64,000 bases of DNA from Microbotryum violaceum. Taxonomy: Eukaryota. Position numbers and translations under genes: made by a program. Numbering within the stretch: position 1 is the first letter of the stretch; each line of letters opens with the position of its first letter. The stretch covers positions 1,364,001 through 1,428,000 of the forward strand of contig CDLV01000011.1 of assembly GCA_001244265.2 (NCBI GenBank), given 5' to 3'. Of the stretch, positions 24,916 through 36,960 are shown one piece after another. The notes under the pieces were generated by a model. The model searched no databases and was not told where the DNA came from. It saw nothing but the letters and a program-made list of their open reading frames with translations.

Positions 24916-25244
24916 CAAAAATGTACCGTCGCACTCGAGGCGGCTTTCGCAGACTATTGGAGACTTTTGGCGCGGTTTCTCAGGCTTAGGTGCCGGTTTT
25001 GCACGAGCGCGAGTTGCGGAGCGGCCGCCCACCTTTGAACACGGGGCCTCAAAGGAGTCTCCCGGGTGACTGCAAGAGCTCTTGCCCCGGCAACCCCATG
25101 GGCCGTTATAGCACCTCAGTAACCTGATAGGTGACAATGGTATCCATGAGCCATTACGAGAACCACTTCGCAGGCTTGTATTACAACACAGGCAAAAAAG
25201 GACCCGAGGTCCCACTCGCTCCTTCAATTGCATCGATGAAGTGG

Positions 25245-26115
25245 TTACCTCTGCTGTCCCCCGATTCGTCGACCGAATGCCCCTCTTGGCTTGTTCACGT
25301 TGGCCAGTTGCTGCTCCAAACCTTCGACCTGCTTTCCCAGGGCTTCCTTCTTCTGCCGCAGCGCTTCCAACTGGCTCTCGAGTGCTCCCAGAGACGGCGC
25401 GACCAGAGGCGCTTGACTCGGCAACGTCGCCCGCTTCTCGACCTGCATGGGCAGACCATTGCGTCCTGGTTAGCGCCTACTCTTATTGATGATAAAGACC
25501 AACAAGGATGTCGATCAACTCACCCTCGTCCGCAACAGCCTCTCCCGTTTCTTCATCGTCTCGAGTCCATTTTCCGCCCTTTGGATCAGCTCCGAGATTT
25601 GGGGCTTCATCTCGTTCGCCAGTTCGCGCTGGGCAGCCGCCACTTCTGATTCGGTGACCGTATCAAACGCCTGGGGAGTAGCGTGGCATCGATGGAATAG
25701 TGAGTTGTACTCACTGGACACAAAACACTCGGAAAGCTCAACTAACGTACCCTGCGATTGTTGACGACTTGAGCCAGCCTCGGGAAGTCGTACGTGCCAT
25801 GGTGGAGCCTGATGGAGGCAGCATTCAACTGTATCACGACAATACGATCGAACCAAGGAATGTCAGGTCCTTCTGTGCAACACGTTCGACGCTCGGCGGT
25901 CAGCCAGCATCTCCATGCTCGGCAGCCAACCCACATCACGCGCCTCGACGCGTCAAGATGGGACAGGAGCGACAGGGAATCCCGATCTGGTGGCTTTGTA
26001 TGGGCAGTCTTACGTTAGAGCAGCTCGCATGCAGGTGCTGTGAGCACTGGTCCAGTGTTGACCAGTACGTGGGCGCCACGGGACCAGGGTAGATCGACTG
26101 CCGAGCGCGTGACAT
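25245..26115 (-). CDS. SPC19: DASH/Dam1 complex subunit Spc19, 4 exons
   Basis: Spliced product MSRARQSIYPGPVAPTYWSTLDQCSQHLHASCSN|LNAASIRLHHGTYDFPRLAQVVNNRR|AFDTVTESEVAAAQRELANEMKPQISELIQRAENGLETMKKRERLLRTR|VEKR...LEALRQKKEALGKQVEGLEQQL. This carries the Spc19 DFPRL..V...R.F....E.....AQ..L..E..P.I..L signature. Confidence 0.85.
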
Positions 26116-26729
26116 GCTTCGATGACGACGAAGCTGAGGCGGGTAGCACGAAGGGTGTGTGGCCCTTGCAGCGAAGTTCTGAGGTACGACGGGGGGCGAG
26201 CGGCGAGACTGTGGTATATGTCCTGTGCAAAAGTGCACGTGTGGTTGCGTTGGAACTGCGAGGTGGTCTGAGGGTAATGACCCGGAGCGTGCTTGTCAAT
26301 CAACGGGAGGCACCACGACGCGCGGTTGCTCGCACGGACCGCTTCTCTTGGAGATTCTCCTGCCCACTGGCTATTACTGAGATGCTCGGCCGGCGAAGCT
26401 TGCCAGAATTTGTGGTTCTCAGGAATTCGGCGCATTAAACTTTCTCATCCCTTTTACCACCGTCCTCGTTTCGAAAGACGCAGTACAGTGGATGCAGGCT
26501 AGCTCACCTCCCTCACTGGAGGGCTGCGCGATATTTGGCAAGGCAGCGTGGGACTCGCCAACTGTGCGATGCAAGTAGTGCTATTTGACGACTAAACAGT
26601 GTTCGAGACGAATAAAGAGAGACGTGGCGATGGAGAAGCTACCTGGAGAAGCAGGTGAGAGAAGGAGACTGCTCGGTCCGTTGTGCAAACCCGAATGGTT
26701 TCTGCGAATGGGCAGGTCCACCGAACATG

Positions 26730-29700
26730 CTAAGCTAGAAGAGCCAAGGCAGCGGACACGAGCGCCAAGAGGAAGGAGAGGGGAAGCGTAGTGATACTGG
26801 CCGCAGAGGAGTCCGGGCTGAAGGGTGTGCTCGAACTGCTGATGTTGTTGACAGACGGCACGGTCGGCAACTGTGGCAGGACAGGATTGATGGTGGTGAG
26901 GTTGCCGGGAGCGTCAGGGTTCAAGTCCTGGCTCGAAGACGAATTGTCTCCAGTTGGGTTACTATACGGTGTCAAAGGTTGGGGATAGAGTGAGCTCGTT
27001 TTTCGGTACGCGGCCAGGACTATGACGGAGGATCGTCTAGCCAGAAACTCGCTGCGTACCCGGCAGATGAGCCAGGTGGCAAGTTGACCGAGGGCGGGGG
27101 CGTCTGGGTGGTACTCTGGTTGCCAGGAGAGGCGCCGCTAGCTCCTCCACTTCCTGACCCTGAACCTGATACTCCACCAGCTCCAGATCCTGGGCCTCCA
27201 CCAGTTCCTGGTCCTGATCCTCCACCAGTTCTTGATCCCGATCCCTGTGCTGGCCCCGATCCTGGTGCAGTTCCTGCTCCTGATCCTCCACCAGGTTTTG
27301 ATCCCAATCCCTGTGCTGACCCCGATCCTGGTGTTGACCCTGATCCTGATACTGACCCTGATCCTGGTGCTGACCCTAATCCTCCTACGGCTCCTCCGCC
27401 TCCACCGGTACCGGTACTATTAGTAGTAGATTTGGGACCTGACGAGCCTACAGGGCCCGACGGAGCCGAACCCTTCGTCGGGAGGGGAGCAATCTACACG
27501 TGTGGCATTGTGGGAGGCGGTGTAGGCATTTCCAGAAACGTAGGGTTTTCAGGCGTAAAATATAATTGAAGAAGCTGTCAATATTGTGTTGTATGTGCTG
27601 GATACACCTGATCCGAGGGCTTTGATAGGAGATCTTACCCCAGTTGCGCCGCCGCCGCTGCCGCCCAAAAGCTGCGCGAATCCCACGGCCGGCTGGCCGT
27701 TCTTTGGATCCTTGTACGTGAGGATGGTGTACACGGTCTGCATATAGGATAAAGGGAAGTGTGGTCCCGCGTGGGTCCAGACGATGGCGGAGCGCGAACG
27801 TCAGGACTTTACTTCGATACGGTCATGCCCCAAAGTAGCCCATCCATCGCGGTCAACTCACATGGAGGAAGGCACTCCCAATGATCGCCACGGGGTTCTG
27901 GTTGAGATCGGTGGCTGAAGAGGTCGCGATAGCTAATTTGCACTGGCTCGCATCAGTGGGGTCCTCTGTTGTGTCACGAGGTTTGAATCCACCAGACACC
28001 AGACGCCTGTCAGTGGACCTCGCAGCGCGCGAGAGCGATCCTTTCCTCGACACTCACGCCCAAGAAAGAGCTCGCTGAGGGGGACCTTGTACGTATTCCC
28101 ACCGAAGGAAAGACCGATCGTCTCGATCGCACTTTGACAGGGCACCAACCAACCAGAAGTTGTGCTTTGGTGGGAGCCTGGGATCGCATGAAATAGAGCC
28201 GTCGCAACGTCGGTAGGGATCAACATCAATCTGCGGGACCCGAGCCGGGAGTCAAGAGGTCAGAATCTGCCCGGACCGCAAGATAAACCGGGTGCTCAAG
28301 TCTACCACTTACGCGGTACCTGTGTCAATAGCAGCGTCCATCTTTGTGCCCTGCACCACATGGCCATCAATAACGATCCCATCGCACGCGATTTGCCAGT
28401 ACCCTCGAGCCATCACGGTGTAGTACTGCATGCTGTCGGCTTGGAACTTGGAGCTGTCAGTCCCTCCGATGACGAGTTCACCTGTCGGCGTAGCGTAGTT
28501 GAGGCTGAAGGCGATCAAAGGTTGACTGATTGCGTTGGTAATGAGCAGATTTTCAAAGAAGGTGGTCATCTGCCCGGTTGCTATCGAAGAGAACGCGAAT
28601 CCTAACACCCCGTCGGTCGGCAGCTCGTTGATGCTGGGCGAGATCTGATCGGCGAGGGCAAAGAGTTGCTGCTTTATGGTCAAATCACCAACTTGCACGG
28701 AATCCCTAACGATAGTGCCGACTGTGGAGCCACTCCCTGTCAGGCATTGGCTTCCTTTAATTAGCTTCCTTGCAAGACATGAGCCTCACGCTTCGCATTC
28801 TTTTATTCTGCAATACTTGGCTGGCTTACGATAATTGATCGACCATGACTGGCCCGAGAGGTATAACGTGTCAGATCCGCCACTGAAACGGTTCTTCTTC
28901 GTTTTGCACGAAGAGCCCGGCACCCATAGGCTGGGAAGGGTCGGGAATAGAAAAGCTCAGAAGTGCACTCGTCGAAAATCCCCTCCTCGAAAGGAGAAAG
29001 TAGCGGAGGCTCACTCTCCAGACCCCGTATCCATGACGACGTCGAATTCCTCCTGTCGACTTCCGATCGAGACCTTCAAGTCTACAAAATTCCCACTTTC
29101 TTGCTCTGGATACCTCAAAACGTCAGTACCAGCGTAGCAATAGCACACATTCACATGCGAAGATGGCTTCAGCCCAACGGCCATGGCTGGGCACACGGAA
29201 GAAAGGGAACTCACTGAATCCCGCGAGAGCGACGGTCGCGGAGCTTGCACCTCCGCGTTTGTTTAGCGCCGTAGATTGGCCTCGGGCGAAATTTTTGGAG
29301 CTGCGTGGTGTCAGAGCGTTTGCCTTCCTGAACACAAAATCGGTCGCAGGCGTGACTTGATTGGCGGCAGCCAGCTGTTGGTTGCTGCGGTATTTGCTTT
29401 CGATCTGTTGCTTGTGATTGTGAAAGCCGCTGGAGGGAGTGCGGCTGGATTAGCACGTGCTTCGACTGGCCTCGCCTCGGATGATTTCCACTGTGTCTCG
29501 TGGCGACGAGTCGGTCGAAGGAAAGCCGCCGCTCATCGGAGACAGTACCCGCAGCGGGAGGTCAGACCGCGGTCGTAGTGAACGAAGGGAACGTACTCAA
29601 GATCGATGGTATCGAGATCCCTTCGGGCGCGAAAGTTGGCTGATCGGAGACTCACGCCGTTGGGCGAGGTGAGGTTGTTCAGCGCGGCGGTGGCTTGATT

Positions 29701-30117
29701 GTTGCGATACTTTTCCTCGACCGAAGTTTTGTGCTCGACAAAGTGTCTGGAATGGAACCGTACATCTTGACCTTAGTGCGAGCACAAGTGGAATTCCTGA
29801 TAGACCACCGCCTTCACCGCTCCCCTCGCGTCACGGACAGTTAGTCAGGAGCGTCTAGCGCGGTGTTGGGGCGGCGGAGGCTCGCGCGCAGACCCCGTAG
29901 AACTCGGCAATGGTGGGGATGGACCACTTGCCATGCTGCAAGACCGCAAGACCTACTGGACATTGAGAATTCCATATTGGTCCTGATGTTGGTATTTCGA
30001 GGAAGGGAGCGTTACCTTGTACCTGAACACACCAGGCGACTCGGGGCCTGTGGCGGTGACGAGCGTCCAGATGGCGGTCGATTGGAACAAGCACAGGTAG
30101 GCAGAGAGTCGAAACAT
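26730..30117 (-). CDS. Secreted pepsin-like (A1) aspartic protease with Gly/Ser-rich stalk and predicted GPI signal (paralog A)
   Basis: Signal-like MFRLSAYLCLFQSTAIWTLVTA; catalytic FDVVMDTGS and AAIDTGT; DGVLGFAFSSIA; GYWQI; NPVAIIGSAFL; QPAVGFAQL. After a GTAAGA intron (~27638) comes a G/S/P-rich exon, and the last exon ends SSAASITTLPLSFLLALVSAALALLA*. Confidence 0.9.
27130..27420 (-). repeat. Degenerate short-period Gly-Ser-Pro coding repeat in the protease A stalk
   Basis: Repeated cctgat/ccctga/cctggt/ccagtt units on the + strand, translating to GSGS/PGSG/GGGSG on the minus strand. Confidence 0.8.
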
Positions 30118-31150
30118 GCTCGAAACTTTACGCTGGGGCCGATTTTGGAAGTGCATGACCGGGACGACTGAGATGGCTGAGAGCGAATGAGCGACTGACG
30201 AAAGGTCTCCAGAAGATGAGGAAGAGAGGTAGGAGATGGGCAAGAGGTACGGTCGTTGCGGAGGTTGACGGCAGTCTCAGGGGAAGGCGTAGCTTGGAGA
30301 TGGGCAACCACCTAAGAAAAGACGACAACCAGGCTAGGTGCTTTTGTATGACGATGGACAGTGACCGAGGACACACTGGATGCAAATCAGACGGGTGATC
30401 CTCTTTACAGCCAGGTGACACGATGCCAAGACGCAGCTGGGAGAGTGGCGCACGTTGAGAGGTCAACCATGATCCTCAGCACTTAACCCCCTAAATTACC
30501 CCTGAGACACCGCACCTCCTGACTCGGCAGTCGCCGGTTAAACGTGCTTCGCGTGTCACGATTCACTATAAGGTATAGCCAAACGCTTCGATCTGTTGTA
30601 ACACCTAACCAGCGTCGCTAGCGTCGAAGAGCACTTCGTATACATCAAGGGCCCACCCAACGCGAGGTAGCTTCGGCAGCCGGGATGTGAGGGATGTGAG
30701 GCCTGAGCGGCCTCGCACGCGCATGACCAACGACTGAATCTGGCCGAAACCCGGCTAGCCGAATATTGGACCATTATTAGCCGGTTTCCCCCGTTTGTGT
30801 AGTTCAGTCTCGGCCCTCTCTCTCTCTCTCTTAGAGGAACACATTCATTCGGAACCGATCTGAAACACGAACAGTCTACAGTACCACTTCGAATACGACG
30901 AGCGATCGACTCAGTACTCGCGATCCCTCTGTAAGGCCACCGGCCTTACACGGGAACAGCGTTGTGAAGCCACCACTGATCCGAACGGCAAGACTGTCCA
31001 GTGGCAGCAAGCGGACCATGTGACGAAGGCGAGAAGCTTAGCTACACCTCCAAACGGACTCACTTCCAACACAATACCGAGTTACAACAAAGTCGCGACT
31101 TGACAGGTTCTCCAGCGCCCCGCCGTCGCCTTTTGCATAACTTCATAATT

Positions 31151-31799
31151 TCTGCTGTCCCTCGACTCGTCGACCGAATGCCCCTCTTGGCTTGTTCACG
31201 TCGGCCAGTTGCTGCTCCAACCCTCAACCTGCTTTCCCAGGGCTTCCTTCTTCTGCCGCAGCGCTTCCAACTGGCTCTCGAGTGCTCCCAGAGACGGCGC
31301 GACCAGAGGCGCTTGACTCGGCAACGTCGCCCGCTTCTCGACCTGCATGGGCAGACCATTGCGTCCTGGTTAGCGCCTACTCTTATTGATGATAAAGACC
31401 AACAAGGATGTCGATCGACTCACCCTCGTCCGCAACAGCCTCTCCCGTTTCTTCATCGTCTCGAGTCCATTTTCCGCCCTTTGGATCAGCTCCGAGATTT
31501 GGGGCTTCATCTCGTTCGCCAGTTCGCGCTACAATCGAGCCAAGGAATGTCAGGTCTTCTGTGCAACACCTTCGACACTCGGCGGTCAGCCAGCATCTCC
31601 ATGCTCGGCAGTCAACCAACATCACGCGCCTCGACGCGTCAAGACGGGACACGAGCGACAGGGAATCCCAATCTGGTAACTTTGTATGGGCAGTCTTACG
31701 TTAGAGCAGCTCGCATGCAGGCGCTGTGAGCACTGGTCCAGTTGACCAGTACGTAAGTGCCACAGGACTGGGGTAAATGTATTGGAGAGCGCGCGACTT
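31151..31799 (-). pseudogene. SPC19: Spc19 pseudogene (direct, intron-containing duplicate of 25250-26115)
   Basis: 31231-31530 matches 25331-25630 at 299/300. It lacks ~213 bp (25631-25843, including exon 2), has a 1-bp deletion (~31220) and a 2-bp deletion (~31741), and the start codon ATG is AAG (31797-31799). Confidence 0.92.
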
Positions 31800-32344
31800 G
31801 GGTGGAAACTGGAAGGGGGGACCTTGCGGGAAGACACTAGTATAGCGTAGTGATCCGAAGTCATACGAACCGGATGTTCGGGTTTTCAAGAGGATGTTGG
31901 CTGAGCTGGATTTATGGACCAAATGAGGCGGAAGTGGCAGCTCAAGCACTAAAGTTGAACCAGACCGAAACAGCCCGCGCTCGACGTCATTTGCACGGAC
32001 CATCTCAGGAGCTCTCAGGCCATCTCAGGCCTCCAGCTAGGTCACTATCCCTCGTAGCTAGTCAAACGGGCATACCCCTACCCCCTTTTTTGTGAACTGA
32101 TAGGTCTACCAGAGTTCAGGAAACTAAAGACGGAGAAAAGAGATAATTCAATGCGGCCGCGCCCCACGTCACCTACGGTGGCAAAAAAGGAACGAGCGCG
32201 ATTAGTTGCACATGTGGGTCCGCGAATAGCGTGGGGAGGGGATAGATAGGCAGGTATAAAGCCGAACCGATCCGTAAATCAAGTTGGAAAGTTATGTACG
32301 AAACGAAAGGATAAAGTCTACGTCTGTGGCGCCGCTCAAGTCGA

Positions 32345-35300
32345 TCAAATGCCGAACAAGAGGAACCTTGCCGATACCAGTACCAAGACGGCCGAACTTG
32401 ACCAAACGCTCGACAGTATCGCTGGAGCTGCACTGTGGGGGTCTTGCGCTGGTTTGAACGTGTCGGGTGGCAGCGTACTATTGCTCAGGAGTATTGGGTT
32501 CGGAATGTTGGTCCCACCTGGCGCACCGGGCTGAGAGTCGCTTCCGTTGCTGGAGGTGTTGAGGCTCGGCACTTTTTGGACCGTCGGAGGGCCAAAGTCG
32601 GCGCGCCTAAAGTGAGGTGCGTAGAAAGTGCAACATCAGGGTGTGGGCATCTCATCTCGTGCTCATCCGAGTCGGTCTTTGAGGATCGGACTCACTGATC
32701 AACTGGCGGCAGCGCTTTGCCGTCCTGGTCTTTGCCACCGGCTGCTTGGTCATGTTCCGTCTTCGTTCCTTTTCCTTCCGGCGTCTTGTCCGATGCGGCA
32801 GATTTGTGCTCCTCGGGATGTTGGCTCTTCTCGGCGGCGGCCTTCTCCGTCTTAGACTTGGGAGCGGGCTCCTTCTGAGTCTTAGACTTGGGAGCCGGCT
32901 CCGTCGTCTTAGACTTGGGAGCCGGCTCCTCCTCTGTCTTAGACTTGGGAGCGGGATTCTTCGCCGTCGTGTTCTTGGTCGAATCACTTTCCTCGGGAGC
33001 GTGGAAGTCGCTCGGGGTAGGGGTTCGTTCCGGCCGACCTTCTTTCGGGCCAATGTCTTGCGCACCCGGTTGCTTCTTGGCAACAGGAGTACTTTTCCCT
33101 CCGGCGTCATGCTGCTTCGTCCCTTTGACATCCGGAACCGGTGTCTCGACAACTTTGACATTAGGCTTGGTGGCACCTTTTTCCTTGGGATCCTGTCGAA
33201 CCGCCTCAGTAATTTGAGGGGGTTCAACCTTTTTAGCGGCATGCCTCGTCGTCTCGGGAAGATTAGGAGAAGAACCCTTTTTGGGATCCGACTCAGGAGT
33301 CGGTTCTCCGCCGCTTTCGCCAACAGGGTGTGGGTTGGACTTGCCAGCGTCTTTGGAGGGCCCGTGAACTGGCGTTTGGGTGGTTGGCGTTACTGGCGTC
33401 TGGGTGGTTGGCGGTACCGGTGTCTGAGTCTTGTTGACAGGGAGTTTCGTATCCGGATCTTGGGTCGAAATTGCAATCGGCTTGGGCTTGACATCCTTGT
33501 CGCTCGGGGGTGGGGACGGATCGCTGGCAGGAGATAAAGCAGCACCGTCAACACCGTCGATGACGAGCTCGCTGCCGGCGAAGGAGGCGAATCCAACGGC
33601 CGGCTGTTTGTTGTTCGAATACGAAAGAACGGTGTAGACATACTGTTGCAAGGTGTGAAAGAACAGGCCGGGCGAGATCGAACGTCAGAACGTCTCCCGG
33701 CACAGGCCTACCGGAGGCTGCAACTGGGCACATTTGACTGACTTGGAGGAAAACGGTGCCGATGATCGCGACGGGGTTGCCGTTGATATCAATATTCGAT
33801 CCAGATGAGATGGCAAGCTTGCATCGGCTGGAATCATAGGGGTCCGCTGCAAAACCACTCTCAAGTGTCAGTCAGCTTCAATTGTCAAGTCGCGACACGG
33901 GATCATAGGGTCCATCCTCAGCTTCACTCACTTCCGATGACCAGTTTCAAAATCGGGATGCTGTAAGTGACGTTAGATATCGCGATTCCGATGGTCCCGA
34001 TGGTTGCTAGAGACTTGCACGATACGGTCCATCCCAAGTTTTCCGACTTCCTGGCGTCAGGAACGGTGGTAAAGAAGGCATCGGCCACGGCGGATGGTAT
34101 GAAAAGGAGCCTGGATAGGAGTTCACAATTCGCAGCGTCAGAATCCACAGTCGAGTATCACTTACAGTACCGGCTGAATTAGATCTCTTGGCGACAAGAT
34201 GCACTCACGTAGAACCGGTATCCACTGCACACTCCATCGCGGTACCGGGCACGACTTTGCCGCCGACAGTGAGACCCGTCGCCTGGAACTGCCAGTAAGC
34301 CAACGCAGTGACTTGATAAAATCTTAAAGTTTCAAAGTCTATCACATCCATATCTATCCCACCGATGGTGAGAGATCCATATTGGGGAGAAGTACCGCGG
34401 TTCATGATGAAGGACATGACGGGTTGTTCTACCAATTGCGACACGATGAGGTTCTCGAGGACCGTCGGCACTTGGGCCATCGCTATCGTCGAAAAGGAAG
34501 CGCCCAATATGCCATCGGTAGGGACCAGGTTGAGCACTTGCGAGATCTTGCTCGCCGAGGCGAAGATCTGATCCTTGTATTGAAGGGAGCCGATTTGGAA
34601 GACGTCCTTCATGAACAGCCCCGACGTTTCGCCCGAAGCTAGGAAAGACGATGTCCTGCTTAGCCTTATGATGCCTTAAATGGAAAAGAGTTTGAATACA
34701 GTTCTTCTCACCATACGATGTCGACCAACTCGTGCTCGATTTCATCAGAGTACTCGAGTTTCCCAGTGACAAGCGCGAGCGACCCGGAGCGCACTGCTGC
34801 TCATCGTTGTCCTGGCATTCGCTTCGGACCCACGATCTGGGGGAAAAGACCCCGACACAACAAGAGGATGAGCTCCGAGGGCAGGGATTTTTTAATTAAA
34901 CCACCCTCACTCACAACCCAGAACCCGAGTCGAGCGTGAGGGAGAAAATTTTGGATGGCGTGCCGATCCCCGTGCCAACCTGGTGGACGACGCCGGGTCC
35001 CCAGTCTAGTAGACAAAGTCAACGGCGAGGCGTCATCCGTGAGGTGTTTCATAGGCAGAGGGAGGCAATGGCAGACTCTGAAGGGTACCACTCACCGAAA
35101 CCGCCCAAGGCGACTCGGGACGCTCCAGTGCCCCCCGCTCGTTTAGCCAGCTTCGCGTTGGTCTTCCTCTTGGCCTCGAAGTTAGCTTCAATCTTTTGGG
35201 CGATTTCCAAGGTTGTCTTTAAATCAGCCGAGACAACCCTCTTTTGCAAGGGATTGGCGGTGTGCGGAAAGAACGGGGTCACTTTCTTCGTGCTGGTGGC

Positions 35301-35755
35301 GATTTGGTAGTTGTTGAAGTACTTGGCTTCTAGATGCTCGCGATGTGAGTTAAAGCGGCTGTTAGGGTTTCCCAGGTCGCGTTCATGTGCATTAGTAGTG
35401 TTCATTTACAGGTTCGCTTCACTGGTCCACATGTTGCGATGCTTCGCGGTCGCGTCACCTACAACCGTCAAGGTTAGGAGCGTCCGAAAAGGCCACTCCA
35501 CTTGTCGTCGGACCCACCGGCTCAGGGCAAGCGACGAAATCAAGGATGCAACGAAATGATACCATGGGCCGCTCGAGGAGGAACTCACGTAGTATTGACT
35601 GTCCCATCCTCATTCTTAAAATGATGATTCGAATGAGCCTGTGCGATCTTGAGAGTGACGACCGCCGGTCCGGTTGCTCCAGAAGGCTCGTGAGTCGTGG
35701 CGGACGTCAGCGTTGACTGAAGCGAGAGGAGACCCAAGAGACACAGGCGTCCCAT
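32345..35755 (-). CDS. Secreted pepsin-like (A1) aspartic protease with Lys/Glu/Pro/Thr-rich stalk and predicted GPI signal (paralog B)
   Basis: Signal-like MGRLCLLGLLSLQSTLTSA; KR sites in the pro-region; catalytic FSLTLDSGS and CAVDTGST; flap WSTSYG; DGILGASFSTIA; AYWQF; NPVAIIGTVFL; QPAVGFASF; ~300-aa low-complexity stalk; C-terminus SAAPAILSSVWSSSAVLVLVSARFLLFGI*. Confidence 0.9.
32849..32955 (-). repeat. 4x 27-30 bp coding tandem repeat (PAPKSKT) in the protease B stalk
   Basis: gtcttagacttgggagc(g/c)gg occurs four times. A separate 24-bp PVxPTTQT repeat lies at ~33365-33430. Confidence 0.9.
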
Positions 35756-36562
35756 TGAGCTCTTTCCAGGATCAACGGTCCGCATAATGGTCAAATGGGG
35801 CGGGGCGGCCGAGTGGTAAGAGCAAATGGGCGAGCTAGGTGTATCGGCTCTGCTTGATCAGGTGCGGTGGCTCGAACGCCAACGACTCAGTGATCGATGA
35901 GGGGAGGGGCCGGGGGAGGCGGAAGGGGGGGGGAACAAGGAACGACGAGCGAGTGTGGGTGTGTAGCTGTGTGGCCGTGGTATGGTGTGGTAAGAAGGGA
36001 TGATCGGTACGAGAACAATATTCTTAAAGAAACGGAAGGACGCAGGGGAACCAAGGAACGAGAGCAGGTGATCGGGGGCGGGGGGTCTGACACGTTGAAG
36101 TCTTTATTAGCCCCTGACGCCAAGGCCGACTACCTCCTGAGGCCCGAGCCGACGCGTTTCAGCACCGTCGCTCCCAGCTGGCGCGATAATGTCTCATCGT
36201 CGACGAACTTTTAGTCTAGCCCGGTTGACGTCGCTCGCGTGGAGTTTCCTGCGCCAAGTTGGCCAAGGCTCTTCAGGAGTCGAGGTGATTTCTGTTTGTG
36301 CGAATAATGCGTGACTTGCTCTATACCGCTACAACAAAAAAGGAGGAGGCTAAAACTGCGGAGGGGAAGCCCGCCATGGTGGTACTATGATGATCTGCGA
36401 GGGCTTGTGCACCCGGGATTAGCGTTCAGGGCTTACCAGTTGGGCTCGTTCGGCCCTCGGCGGTTCGGTCGTCGACTCCACGTCATCCCGACTGGATCGC
36501 GGGGAACAGTCCACTCACATCCTCGTGGACGTAGCATCATAGTCACAAGAGTCGTTTCGGCC

Positions 36563-36960
36563 CTAGATCTTGAGACTCGCTCTGACCTTGGCGCAGTCAC
36601 GTGCACACACGTACTCGCCCTCTTTGGCGCCCGACAGAGGACACTTGACGTCAATGCCTTCGTGCGGGCAGGGGCATTCGGAGGGATGCGCGACGCAAGC
36701 CAGCGTTACGGGGCAGGTGTAGCCCAGTTGACAGTCGGCTATCGAGAGCCGAAAAGGATCCCTGACGCTCAGAAATCGAGTTCGGTGCGAGCAGCATCAA
36801 GACAAGCCTGCCCGTCACGCGACGTACCTCGTTGGAACTCTTGCACGTAGCTGAACACGATCGGCTTCTGAGGTTCTTGTTGGTGGAAGAAGTTTTGGAA
36901 GAACGCGAGCGATGGGGTGACCATCAGGGCGAGAAGGACATAGAGCGATGAGAGCAGCAT
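36563..36960 (-). CDS. LCL2: Long chronological lifespan protein 2 (LCL2)-like small secretory-pathway protein
   Basis: Signal peptide, then AFFQNFFHQQ, intron, then ADCQLGYTCPVTLACVAHPSECPCPHEGIDVKCPL...YVCARDCAKVRASLKI*. The Y.CP.TL.CV..P..CPCP pattern is typical of LCL2. Confidence 0.8.

Noticed and set aside
27084..27569. + strand (PD)n-rich ORF of 161 aa
   Set aside because: Antisense reading of the Gly/Ser stalk exon of protease A.
30481..30505. ttaaccccctaaattacccct as a telomere-like repeat or telomerase RNA template
   Set aside because: Does not match 1.5 copies of CCCTAA and is isolated.
31001..31729. + strand ORFs 31001..31729 and 25131..25649 sharing sequence
   Set aside because: Antisense shadows of Spc19 and its pseudogene; the splice signals and homology are on the minus strand.
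32849..32955. Regularly spaced ~20-bp repeats as a CRISPR-like array
   Set aside because: Eukaryotic coding tandem repeat with 7-10 bp related spacers, in frame within a protease, and no cas genes.
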